Shown: positions 1 through 12,300 of the stretch, piece after piece
Layout of the letters: the number at the start of each line of letters is the position of its first letter
Numbering within the stretch: the stretch's first letter is position 1
NCBI GenBank assembly: GCA_964016885.1
Contig: OZ024743.1
Location: 130,510,001 to 130,574,000 of the forward strand
From: Eledone cirrhosa
Taxonomy: Eukaryota
Direction: 5' to 3'
Length of the DNA stretch: 64,000 bases
Position numbers and translations under genes: made by a program
The notes under the pieces: model-generated
Told to the model about the DNA's origin: nothing
Databases searched by the model: none
Seen by the model: only the letters and a program-made list of their open reading frames with translations

Positions 1-3000
1 CTTGGTGTTTGGTGCTTCGTGCTTGGTGCTTGGTGTTTGGTGCATGGTGCTTGGTGTTTGGGGCTTGGTGCCTGGGGCTTTGTGTTTGGTGCTAGGTGCT
101 TGGTGCTTGGTCTTTGGTGTTTGGTGCTTGGTGCTTGTTGCTTGGTGTTTGGTGCTTGGTGCTTGGTGCTTGGTTATTAGTGTTTGGTGCTTGGTGCTTG
201 GGGTTTGGTGTTTGGTGCTTGGTGCTTGGTGTTTGGTGTTTGCTGTATGGTGTTTGCTGTTTCGTGGTTGGTGTTTGCTGTTTGGTGTTTAATGCTTGGT
301 GCTTGGTGCTTGGTGTTTGGTGCTTGGTGCTTGGTGCTTGGTGTTTGGCGTTTGCTCTTTGCTGTTTGGTGTTTGGTGCTTGCTGTTTGGTGTTTGGTGT
401 TTGGTGTTTGGTGTTTGGTGCTTGCTGTTTGGTGCTTGGTGCTTGGTGTTTGGTGTTTGGTGTTTGGTGCTTGGTGCTTGGTGTTTGGTGGTTGGTGCTT
501 GGTGCTGGGTGTTTGGTGCTAGGTGCTTGGTGTTTGGTGCTTGGTGCTTGGTGCTTGGTGCTTGGTGTTTGGTGCTTGGGGCTTGGTGTTTGGTGCTTGG
601 TGATTGCTGCTTGGTGTTTGGTGTTTGGTGCTTGGTGCTTGGTGCTTGGTGATTAGTGTTTGGTGCTTGGTGCTTGGTGCCTTGTGCTTGGTGCTTGGTG
701 CTTGTTGTTTGGTGCTTGGTGCTTGGTGTTTGGTGTTTGGTGTTTGGTGCTTGGTGCTTGGTGGTTGGTGCTTGGTGCTGGGTGTTTGGTGCTAGGTGCT
801 TGGTGTTTGGTGCTTGGTGCTTGGTGCTTGGTGCTTGGTCTTTGGTGCTTGGTGTTTGGTGTTTGGTGCTTGGTGCTTGGTGTTTGGTGCTTGGGGCTTG
901 GTGTTTGGTGCTTGGTGATTGCTGCTTGGTGTTTGGTGTTTGGTGCTTGGTGCTTGGTGCTTGGTGATTAGTGTTTGGTGCTTGGTGCTTGGTGCCTTGT
1001 GCTTGGTGCTTGGTGCTTGTTGTTTGGTGCTTGGTGCTTGGTGATTAGTGTTTGGTGCTTGGTGCTTGGTGCCTGGTGCTTGGTGCTTGTTGTTTGGTGC
1101 TTGGTGCTTGGTGATTAGTGTTTGGTGCTTGGTGCTTGGGGCTTGGTGTTTGGTGCTTGGTGCTTGCTGTTTGGTGGTTGCTGTTTAGTGCTTGGTGTTT
1201 GGTGCTTGGTGCTTGGTGCTGGGTGGTTGGTGTTTGGTGCTTGGTGCTTGGTGTTTGGTGCTTGGTGCTTGGTGCTTGTTGTTTGGTGCTTGGTGCTTGG
1301 TCTTTGGTGCTTGGTGTTTGGTGTTTGGTGCTTGGTGCTTGGTGCTTGGTTTTTGGTGCTTGGTGCTTGGTGCTTGGTGTTTGGTGCTTGGTGCTTGGTG
1401 CTTGTTGTTTGGTGCTTGGTGCTTGGTCTTTGGTGCTTGGTGTTTGGTGTTTGGTGCTTGGTGCTTCGTGTTTGGTGCTTAGTGCCTGGTGCTTGGTGTT
1501 TGGTGCTTGGTGCTTGGTGTTTGCTGATTGGTGCTTGGTGCTTGGTGCTTGGTGCTTAGTGATTGGTGTTTGGTGTTTGGTGCTTGGTGTTTGGTGCTTG
1601 GTGTTTGATGCTTGGTTTTTGCTGCTTGGTGCTTGGTGCTTGGTGCTTGGTGTTCTGTGTTTGGTGCTTGGTGCTTGGTGCCTGGTGCTTGGTGCTTGGT
1701 GCTTGTTGTTTGGTGCTTGGTGCTTGGTGATTAGTCTTTGGTGCTTGGTGCTTGGTGTTTGGTGTTTGGTGTTTCTTGCTTGGTGCTTGGTGTTTGGTGT
1801 TTGGTGCTTGGTGTTTGGTGCTTGGTGCTTTGAGCTTGGTGTTTGGTGCTGGGTGTATGGTGTTTGGTGCTTGGTGCTTGGTGCTTGGTGTTTGGTGTTT
1901 GGTGCTTGGTACTTGGTGTTTGGTGTTTGATGCTTGGTGTTTGATGCTTGTTGCTTGGTGCTTGGTGTTTTGTGTTTGGTGTTTGGTGCTTGGTGTATGT
2001 ACTTGGTGCTTGGTGCTTGGTGTTTGGTGCTTGGTGTTTGGTGTTTGGTGCTTGGTGTTTGGTACTTGGTGCTTGGTGCTTGGTGTTTGGTGCTTGGTTC
2101 TTGGTGTTTGGTGCTTGGTGCTTGGTGCTTGGTGTTTGGTGCTTGGTACTTGGTGTTTGGTGCTTGGTGTTTGGTGTTTGGTGCTTGGTGTTTGGTACTT
2201 GGTGCTTGGTGCTTGGTGTTAAGTGTTTGGTGCTTGGTGCTTGGTGTTTGGTGCTTCGTGCTTGGTGCTTGGTGTTTGGTGCATGGTGCTTGGTGTTTGG
2301 GGCTTGGTGCCTGGTGCTTTCTGTTTGGTGCTAGGTGCTTGGTGCTTGGTCTTTGGTGTTTGGTGCTTGGTGCTTGGTGCTTGGTGTTTGGTGCTTGGTG
2401 CTTGGTGCTTGGTTATTAGTGTTTGGTGCTTGGTGCTTGGGGTTTGGTGTTTGGTGCTTGGTGCTTGGTGTTTGGTGTTTGCTGTATGGTGTTTGCTGTT
2501 TCGTGTTTGGTGTTTGGTGTTTGGTGTTTAATGCTTGGTGCTTGGTGTTTGGTGTCTGATGTTTGGTGCTTGGTGCTTGGTGTTTGGTGCTTGGTGCTTG
2601 GTGCTGGGTGTTTGGTGCTTGGTGCTTGGTGTTTGGTGCTTGGTGCTTGATGCTTGGTGCTTGGTGTTTGGTCCTTGGTGCTTGGTGCTTGGTCTTTGGT
2701 GCTTGGGGTTTGGTGTTTGGTGCATGGTGCTTGGTGTTTGTTGTTTGGTGCTTGGTGCTTGGTGTTTGGTGCTTGGTGCTTGCTGTTTGGTGTTTGGTGT
2801 TTGGTGCTTGGTGCTTGGTGTTTGGTGTTTGGTGTTTGGTGTTTGGTGTTTGGTGCTTGGTGCTTGGTGTTTGGTGCTTGGTGTTTGGTGCTTGGTGTAT
2901 GTACTTGGTGCTTGGTGCTTGGTGTTTGGTGCTTGGTTCTTGGTGTTTGGTGCTTGGTGCTTTGTACTTGGTGTTTGGTGCTTGGTGCTTGGTCTTTGGT

Positions 3001-6000
3001 GCTTGGTGTTTGGTGTTTGGTGCTTGGTGTTTGGTGCTTGGTGCCTGGTGCTTGGTGTTTGGTGCTTGGTGCTTGGTGTTTGGTGATTGGTGCTTGGTGC
3101 TTGGTGCTTAGTGCTTGGTGTTTGGTGTTTGGTGCTTGGTGTTTGGTGTTTGATGCTTGGTGCTTGGTGCTTGGTGCTTGGTGCATGGTGTTCTGTGTTT
3201 GGTGCTTGGTGCTTGGTGCTTGTTGTTTGGTGCTTGGTGCTTGGTGATTAGTCTTTGGTGCTTGGTGCTTGGTATTTGGTGTTTGGTGTTTCGTGCTTGG
3301 TGTCTAGTGTTTGGGTTTTGGTGTTTGGTGCTTGGTGCTTAGTGTTTGGTGTTTGGTGCTTGGTGCTTGGTGTTTGGTGTTTGGTGCTTGGTGTTTGGTG
3401 CTTGGTGCTTTGTGCTTAGTGTTTGGTGCTGGGTGTATGGTGTTTGGTGCTTGGTGCTTGGTGCTAGGTGTTTGTTGTTTGGTGCTTGGTACTTGGTGTT
3501 TGGTGTTTGATGCTTGGTGTTTGATGCTTGTTGCTTGGTGCTTGGTGTTTTGTGTTTGGTGTTTGGTGCTTGGTGTATGTACTTGGTGCTTGGTGCTTGG
3601 TTTTTGGTGCTTGGTTCTTGGTGTTTGATGCTTGGTGCTTGGTGCTTGGTGTTTGGTGCTTGGTGCTTGGTGTTTGGTGCTTGGTGTTTGGTGTTTGGTG
3701 CTTGGTGTTTGGTACTTGGTGCTTGGTGCTTGGTGTTAAGTGTTTGGTGCTTGGTGCTTGGTGTTTGGTGCTTCGTGCTTGGTGCTTGGTGTTTGGTGCA
3801 TGGTGCTTGGTGTTTGGGGCTTGGTGCCTGGTGCTTTGTGTTTGGTGCTAGGTGCTTGGTGCTTGGTCTTTGGTGTTTGGTGCTTAGTACTTGGTGCTTG
3901 GTGTTTGGTGCTTGGTGCTTGGTGCTTGGTTATTAGTGTTTGGTGTTTGGTGCTTGGCGCTTGGTGTTTGGTGCTTGGTGCTTGGTGCTTGGTGTTTGGT
4001 GTTTGGTGCTTGCTGCTTGGTGCTTGGTGTTTGGTGCTTGGTGCTTGGTGCTTGGTGTTTGGTGCTTGGTGCTTGCTGTTTGGTGTTTGGTGTTTGGTGC
4101 TTGGTGCTTGGTGTTTGGTGTTTGGTGTTTGGAGTTTGGTGTTTGGTGCTTGGTGCTTGGTGTTTGGTGCTTGGTGTTTGGTGCTTGGTGTATGTACTTG
4201 GTGCTTGGTGCTTGGTGTCTGGTGCTTGGTTCTTGGTGTTTGGTGCTTGGTGCTTGGTGCTTGGTGTTTGGTGCTTGGTGCTTGGTGTTTGGTACTTGGT
4301 GCTTGGTGTTTGGTGTTTGGTGCTTGGTGTTTGGTGCTTGGTGCTTGGTGCTTGGTGTTAAGTGTTTGGTGCTTGGTGCTTCGTGTTTGGTGCTTCGTGC
4401 TTGGTGCTTGGTGTTTGGTGCATGGTGCTTGATGTTTGGGGCTTGGTGCCTGGTGCTTGGTGTTTGGTGCTTGGTCTTTGGTGGTTGGTGTTTGGTGTTT
4501 GGTGCTTGGTGCTTGGTGTTTGGTGCTTGGTGTTTGGTGCTTGGTGTTCGGTGCTTGGTGCTTGGTGCTTGGTACTTGGTGTTAGGTTTTTGGTGCTTGG
4601 GGCTTGGTGTTTGGTGTTTGGTGCTTGGTGCTTGGTGTTTGGTGTTTGGTGCTTGGTGTTTGGTGTTTGGTGCTTTGTGCTTGGTGTTTGGTGCTGGGTG
4701 TATGGTGTTTGGTGCTTGGTGCTTGGTGCTTGGTGTTTGGTGTTTGGTGCTTGGTACTTGGTGTTTGGTGTTTGATGCTTGGTGTTTGATGCTTGTTGCT
4801 TGGTGCTTGGTGTTTTGTGTTTGGTGTTTGGTGCTTGGTGTATGTACTTGGTGCTTGGTGCTTGGTGTTTGGTGCTTGGTTCTTGGTGTTTGGTGCTTGG
4901 TGCTTGGTGCTTGGTGTTTGGTGCTTGGTGCTTGGTGTTTGGTGCTTGGTGTTTGGTGTTTGGTGCTTGGTGTTTGGTACTTGGTGCTTGGTGCTTGGTG
5001 TTAAGTGTTTGGTGCTTGGTGCTTGGTGTTTGGTGCTTCGTGCTTGGTGCTTGGTGTTTGGTGCATGGTGCTTGGTGTTTGGGGCTTGGTGCCTGGGGCT
5101 TTGTGTTTGGTGCTAGGTGCTTGGTGCTTGGTCTTTGGTGTTTGGTGCTTGGTGCTTGGTGCTTGGTGTTTGGTGCTTGGTGCTTGGTGCTTGGTTATTA
5201 GTGTTTGGTGCTTGGTGCTTGGGGTTTGGTGTTTGGTGCTTGGTGCTTGGTGTTTGGTGTTTGCTGTATGGTGTTTAATGCTTGGTGCTTGGTGCTTGGT
5301 GTTTGGTGCTTGGTGCTTGGTGCTTGGTGTTTGGCGTTTGCTCTTTGCTGTTTGGTGTTTGGTGCTTGCTGTTTGGTGTTTGGTGTTTGGTGTTTGGTGT
5401 TTGGTGCTTGCTGTTTGGTGCTTGGTGCTTGGTGTTTGGTGTTTGGTGTTTGGTGCTTGGTGCTTGGTGTTTGGTGGTTGGTGCTTGGTGCTGGGTGTTT
5501 GGTGCTAGGTGCTTGGTGTTTGGTGCTTGGTGCTTGGTGCTTGGTGCTTGGTCTTTGGTGCTTGGTGTTTGGTGCTTGGTGCTTGGTGCTTGGTGTTTGG
5601 TGCTTGGGGTTGGTGTTTGGTGCTTGGTGATTGCTGCTTGGTGTTTGGTGTTTGGTGCTTGGTGCTTGGTGCTTGGTGATTAGTGTTTGGTGCTTGGTGC
5701 TTGGTGCCTTGTGCTTGGTGCTTGGTGCTTGTTGTTTGGTGCTTGGTGCTTGGTGATTAGTGTTTGGTGCTTGGTGATTGGTGCCTGGTGCTTGGTGCTT
5801 GTTGTTTGGTGCTTGGTGCTTGGTGATTAGTGTTTGGTGCTTGGTGCTTGGGGCTTGGTGTTTGGTGCTTGGTGCTTGGTGATTAGTCTTTGGTGCTTGG
5901 TGCTTGGTGTTTGGTGTTTGGTGTTTCGTGCTTGGTGTCTAGTGTTTGGGTTTTGGTGTTTGGTGCTTGGTGCTTAGTGTTTGGTGTTTGGTGATTGGTG

Positions 6001-9000
6001 CTTGGTGTTTGGTGTTTGGTGCTTGGTGTTTGGTGCTTGGTGCTTTGAGCTTGGTGTTTGGTGCTGGGTGTATGGTGTTTGGTGCTTGGTGCTTGGTGCT
6101 TGGTGTTTGGTGTTTGGTGCTTGGTACTTGGTGTTTGGTGTTTGATGCTTGGTGTTTGATGCTTGTTGCTTGGTGCTTGGTGTTTTGTGTTTGGTGTTTG
6201 GTGCTTGGTGTATGTACTTGGTGCTTGGTGCTTGGTGTTTGGTGCTTGGTTCTTGGTGTTTGGTGCTTGGTGCTTGGAGTTTGGTGCTTGGTGTTTGGTG
6301 TTTGGTGCTTGGTGTTTGGTACTTGGTGCTTGGTGCTTGGTGTTTGGTGCTTGGTTCTTGGTTTTTGGTGCTTGGTGCTTGGTGCTTGGTGTTTGGTGCT
6401 TGGTACTTGGTGCTTGGTGTTTGGTGCTTGGTGCTTGGTGTTTGGTGCTTGCTGCTTGGTGCTTGGTGTTTGGTGCTTGGTGCTTGCTGTTTGGTGTTTG
6501 GTGTTTGGTGCTTGGTGCTTGGTGTTTGGTGTTTGGTGTTTGGTGCTTGGTGCTTGGTGTTTGGTGCTTGGTGTTTGGTGTTTGGTGCTTGGTGTTTGGT
6601 ACTTGGTGCTTGGTGCTTGGTGTTAAGTGTTTGGTGCTTGGTGCTTGGTGTTTGGTGCTTTGTGCTTGGTGCTTGGTGTTTGGTGCATGGTGCTTGGTGT
6701 TTGGGGCTTGGTGCCTGGGGCTTTGTGTTTGGTGCTAGGTGCTTGGTGCTTGGTCTTTGGTGTTTGGTGCTTGGTGCTTGGTGCTTGGTGTTTGGTGCTT
6801 GATGCTTGGTGCTTGGTTATTAGTGTTTGGTGCTTGGTGCTTGGGGTTTGGTGTTTGGTGCTTGGTGCTTGGTGTTTGGTGTTTGCTGTATGGTGTTTGC
6901 TGTTTCGTGTTTGGTGTTTGCTGTTTGGTGTTTAATGCTTGGTGCTTGGTGCTTGGTGTTTGGTGCTTGGTGCTTGGTGCTTGGTGTTTGGCGTTTGCTC
7001 TTTGCTGTTTGGTGTTTGGTGCTTGCTGTTTGGTGTTTGGTGTTTGGTGTTTGGTGTTTGGTGCTTGCTGTTTGGTGCTTGGTGCTTGGTGTTTGGTGTT
7101 TGGTGTTTGGTGCTTGGTGCTTGGTGTTTGGTGGTTGGTGCTTGGTGCTGGGTGTTTGGTGCTAGGTGCTTGGTGTTTGGTGCTTGGTGCTTGGTGCTTG
7201 GTGCTTGGTCTTTGGTGCTTGGTGTTTGGTGCTTGGTGCTTGGTGCATGGTGTTTGGTGCTTGGGGCTTGGTGTTTGGTGCTTGGTGATTGCTGCTTGGT
7301 GTTTGGTGTTTGGTGCTTGGTGCTTGGTGCTTGGTGATTAGTGTTTGGTGCTTGGTGCTTGGTGCCTTGTGCTTGGTGTTTGGTGCTTGTTGTTTGGTGC
7401 TTGGTGCTTGGTGATTAGTGTTTGGTGCTTGGTGCTCGGTGCCTGGTGCTTGGTGCTTGTTGTTTGGTGCTTGGTGCTTGGTGATTAGTGTTTGGTGCTT
7501 GGTGCTTGGGGCTTGGTGTTTGGTGCTTGGTGCTTGGTGCTTGCTGTTTGGTGGTTGCTGTTTGGTGCTTGGTGTTTGGTGCTTGGTGCTTGGTGCTTGG
7601 TTTTTGGTGCTTGGTGCTTGGTGCTTGGTGTTTGGTGCTTGGTGCTTGGTGCTTGTTGTTTGGTGCTTGGTGCTTGGTCTTTGGTGCTTGGTGTTTGGTG
7701 TTTGGTGCTTGTTGCTTGGTGTTTGGTGCTTGGTGCCTGGTGCTTGGTGTTTGGTGCTTGGTGCTTGGTGTTTGCTGATTGGTGCTTGGTGCTTGGTGCT
7801 TGGTGCTTAGTGCTTGGTGTTTGGTGTTTGGTGCTTGGTGTTTGGTGTTTGGTGTTTGATGCTTGGTTTTTGCTGCTTGGTGCTTGGTGCTTGGTGCTTG
7901 GTGTTCTGTATTTGGTGCTTGGTGCTTGGTGCCTGGTGCTTGGTGCTTGGTGCTTGTTGTTTGGTGCTTGGTGCTTGGTGATTAGTCTTTGGTGCTTGGT
8001 GTTTGGTGTTTGGTGTTTCGTGCTTGGTGTCTAGTGTTTGGTGTTTGGTGCTTGGTGCTTGGTGTTTGGTGTTTGGTGCTTGGTGTTTGGTGCTTGGTGC
8101 TTTGAGCTTGGTGTTTGGTGCTGGGTGTATGGTGTTTGGTGCTTGGTGCTTGGTGCTTGGTGTTTGGTGTTTGGTGCTTGGTACTTGGTGTTTGGTGTTT
8201 GATGCTTGGTGTTTGATGCTTGTTGCTTGGTGCTTGGTGTTTTGTGTTTGGTGTTTGGTGCTTGGTGTATGTACTTGGTGCTTGGTGCTTGGTGTTTGGT
8301 GCTTGGTTCTTGGTGTTTGGTGCTTGGTGCTTGGTGTTTGGTGCTTGGTGTTTGGTGTTTGGTGCTTGGTGTTTGGTACTTGGTGCTTAGTGCTTGGTGT
8401 TTGGTGCTTGGTTCTTGGTTTTTGGTGCTTGGTGCTTGGTGCTTGGTGTTTGGTGCTTGGTACTTGGTGTTTGGTGCTTGGTGTTAGGTGTTTGGTGCTT
8501 GGTGTTTGGTACTTGGTGCTTGGTGCTTGGTGTTAAGTGTTTGGTGCTTGGTGTTTGGTGCTTCGTGCTTGGTGCTTGGTGTTTGGTGCATGGTGCTTGG
8601 TGTTTGGGGCTTGGTGCCTGGTGCTTTCTGTTTGGTGCTAGGTGCTTGGTGCTTGGTCTTTGGTGTTTGGTGCTTGGTGCTTGGTGCTTGGTGTTTGGTG
8701 CTTGGTGCTTGGTGCTTGGTAATTAGTGTTTAGTGCTTGGTGCTTGGGGTTTGGTGTTTGGTGCTTGGTGCTTGGTGTTTGGTGTTTGCTGTATGGTGTT
8801 TGCTGTTTCGTGTTTGGTGTTTGGTGTTTGGTGTTTAATGCTTGGTGCTTGGTGTTTGGTGTTTGGTGTTTGGTGCTTGGTGCTTGGTGTTTGGTGCTTG
8901 GTGCTTGGTGCTGGGTGTTTGGTGCTTGGTGCTTGGTGTTTGGTGCTTGGTGCTTGATCCTTGGTGCTTGGTGTTTGGTCCTTGGTGCTTGGTGCTCGGT

Positions 9001-9399
9001 CTTTGGTGCTTGGGGTTTGGTGTTTGGTGCTTGGTGCTTGGTGTTTGGTGCTTGGTGCTTGGTGCTTGGTGTTTGGTGTTTGGTGCTTGCTGCTTGGTGC
9101 TTGGTGTTTGGTGTTTGGTGTTTGGTGCTTGGTGCTTGGTGTTTGGTGCTTGGTGTTTGGTGCTTGGTGTATGTACTTGGTGCTTGGTGCTTGGTGTTTG
9201 GTGCTTGGTTCTTGGTGTTTGGTGCTTGGTGCTTGGTGCTTGGTGTTTGGTGCTTGGTGCTTGGTGTTTGGTACTTGGTGCTTGGTGTTTGGTGTTTGGT
9301 GCTTGGTGTTTGGTGCTTGGTGCTTGGTGCTTGGTGTTAAGTGTTTGGTGCTTGGTGCTTCGTGTTTGGTGCTTGGTGCTTGGTGCTTGGTACTTGGTG

Positions 9400-12300
9400 T
9401 TTGGTGCATGGTGCTTGATGTTTGGGGCTTGGTGCCTGGTGCTTGGTGTTTGGTGCTTGGTGCTTGGTGCTTGGTGTTTGGTGTTTGGTGCTTGGTGCTT
9501 GGTGTTTGGTGCTTGGTGTTTGGTGCTTGGTGTTCGGTGCTTGGTGCTTGGTGCTTGGTGTTTGGTGCTTTGTGCTTGGTGTTTGGTGCTGGGTGTATGG
9601 TGTTTGGTGCTTGGTGCTTGGTGCTTGGTGTTTGGTGTTTGGTGCTTGGTACTTGGTGTTTGGTGTTTGATGCTTGGTGTTTGATGCTTGTTGCTTGGTG
9701 CTTGGTGTTTTGTGTTTGGTGTTTGGTGCTTGGTGTATGTACTTGGTGCTTGGTGCTTGGTGTTTGGTGCTTGGTTCTTGGTGTTTGGTGCTTGGTGCTT
9801 GGTGCTTGGTGTTTGGTGCTTGGTGCTTGGTGTTTGGTGCTTGGTGTTTGGTGTTTGGTGCTTGGTGTTTGGTACTTGGTGCTTGGTGCTTGGTTTTAAG
9901 TGTTTAGTGCTTGGTGCTTGGTGTTTGGTGCCTCGTGCTTGGTGCTTGGTGTTTGGTGCATGGTGCTTGGTGTTTGGGGCTTGGTGCCTGGTGCTTTGTG
10001 TTTGGTGCTAGGTGCTTGGTGCTTGGTCTTTGGTGATTGGTGCTTGGTGCTTGGTGCTTGGTGTTTGGTGCTTGGTGCTTGGTGCTTGGTTATTAGTGTT
10101 TGGTGCTTGGTGCTTGGGGTTTGGTGTTTGGTGCTTGGTGCTTGGTGCTTGGTGATTGGCGTTTGCTCTTTGCTGTTTGGTGTTTGGTGCTTGCTGTTTG
10201 GTGTTTGGTGTTTGGTGTTTGGTGTTTGGTGCTTGCTGTTTGGTGCTTGGTGCTTGGTGTTTGGTGTTTGGTGTTTGGTGCTTGGTGCTTGGTGTTTGGT
10301 GGTTGGTGCTTGGTGCTGGGTGTTTGGTGCTTGGTGCTTGGTGTTTGGTGCTTGGTGCTTGGTGCTTGGTGCTTGGTCTTTGGTGCTTGGTGTTTGGTGT
10401 TTGGTGCTTGGTGCTTGGTGTTTGGTGCTTGGGGCTTGGTGTTTGGTGCTTGGTGATTGCTGCTTGGTGTTTGGTGTTTGGTGCTTGGTGCTTGTTGCTT
10501 GGTGATTAGTGTTTGGTGCTTGGTGCTTGGTGCCTTGTGCTTGGTGCTTGGTGCTTGTTGTTTGGTGCTTGGTGCTTGGTGATTAGTGTTTGGTGCTTGG
10601 TGCTTGGTGCCTGGTGCTTGGTGCTTGTTGTTTGGTGCTTGGTGCTTGGTGATTAGTGTTTGGTGCCTGGTGCTTGGTGCTTGCTGTTTGGTGGTTGCTG
10701 TTTGGTGCTTGGTATTTGGTGCTTGGTGCTTGGTGCTGGGTGGTTGGTGTTTGGTGCTTGGTGCTTGGTGTTTGGTGCTTGGTGCTTGGTGCTTGTTGTT
10801 TGGTGCTTGGTGATTGGTCTTTGGTGCTTGGTGTTTGGTGTTTGGTGCTTGGTGCTTGGTGCTTGGTGTTTGGTGCTTGGTGCTTGGTGCTTGTTGTTTG
10901 GTGTTTGGTGCTTGGTGCTTGGTGTTTGGTGCTTGGTGCCTGGTGCTTGGTGTTTGGTGCTTGGTGCTTGGTGTTTGCTGATTGGTGCTTGGTGCTTGGT
11001 GCTTAGTGCTTGGTGTTTGGTGTTTGGTGCTTGGTGTCTAGTGTTTGGGTTTTGGTGTTTGGTGCTTGGTGCTTAGTGTTTGGTGTTTGGTGCTTGGTGC
11101 TTGGTGTTTGGTGTTTGGTGCTTGGTGTTTGGTGCTGGGTGCTTTGTGCTTGGTGTTTGGTGCTGGGTGTATGGTGTTTGGTGCTTGGTGCTTGGTGCTT
11201 GGTGCTTGGTGTTTGGTGTTTGGTGCTTGGTACTTGGTGTTTGGTGTTTGATGCTTGGTGTTTGATGCTTGTTGCTTGGTGCTTGGTGTTTTGTGTTTGG
11301 TGTTTGGTGCTTGGTGTATGTACTTGGTGCTTGGTGCTTGGTGTTTGGTGCTTGGTTCTTGGTGTTTGGTGCTTGGTGCTTGGTATTTGGTGCTTGGTGT
11401 TTGGTGTTTGGTGCTTGGTGTTTGGTACTTGGTGCTTGGTGCTTGGTGTTAAGTGTTTGGTGCTTGGTGCTTGGTGTTTGGTGCTTCGTGCTTGGTTCTT
11501 GGTGTTTGGTGCATGGTGCTTGGTGTTTGGGGCTTGGTGTCTGCTGCTTTGTGTTTGGTGCTAGGTGCTTGGTGCTTGGTCTTTGGTGTTTGGTGCTTGG
11601 TGCTTGGTGCTTGGTGTTTGGTGCTTGGTGCTTGGTGCTTGGTTATTAGTGTTTGGTGCTTGGTGCTTGGGGTTTGGTGTTTGGTGCTTGGTGCTTGGTG
11701 TTTGGTGTTTGCTGTATGGTGTTTGCTGTTTCTTGTTTGGTGTTTGCTGTTTGGTGTTTAATGCTTGGTGCTTGGTGCTTGGTGTTTGGTGCTTGGTGCT
11801 TGGTGCTTGGTGTTTGGCGTTTGCTCTTTGCTGTTTGGTGTTTGGTGCTTGCTGTTTGGTGTTTGGTGTTTGGTGTTTGGTGTTTGGTGCTTGCTGTTTG
11901 GTGCTTGGTGCTTGGTGCTGGGTGTTTGGTGCTTGGTGCTGGGTGTTTGGTGCTTGGTGCTTGGTGTTTGGTCCTTGGTGCTTGGTGCTTGGTCTTTGGT
12001 GCTTGGGGTTTGGTGTTTGGTGCTTGGTGCTCGGTGTTTGGTGCTTGGTGCTTGGTGCTTGGTGTTTGGTGTTTGGGGCTTGCTGCTTGGTGCTTGGTGT
12101 TTGGTGCTTGGTCCTTGGTGATTAGTGTTTGGTGCATGGTGCTTGGTGTTTGTTGTCTGGTGCTTGGTGCTTGGTGTTTGGTGCTTGGTGCTTGCTGTTT
12201 GGTGTTTGGTGTTTGGTGCTTGGTGCTTGGTGTTTGGTGCTTGGTGTTTGGTTCTTGGTGTATGTACTTGGTGCTTGGTGCTTGGTGTTTGGTGCTTGGT

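Noticed and set aside
12250-12270. TTCTTGGTGTA matching part of the Candida albicans telomeric repeat
   Set aside because: It is a short match produced by two adjacent variant monomers, and the rest of the 23-bp unit is absent.
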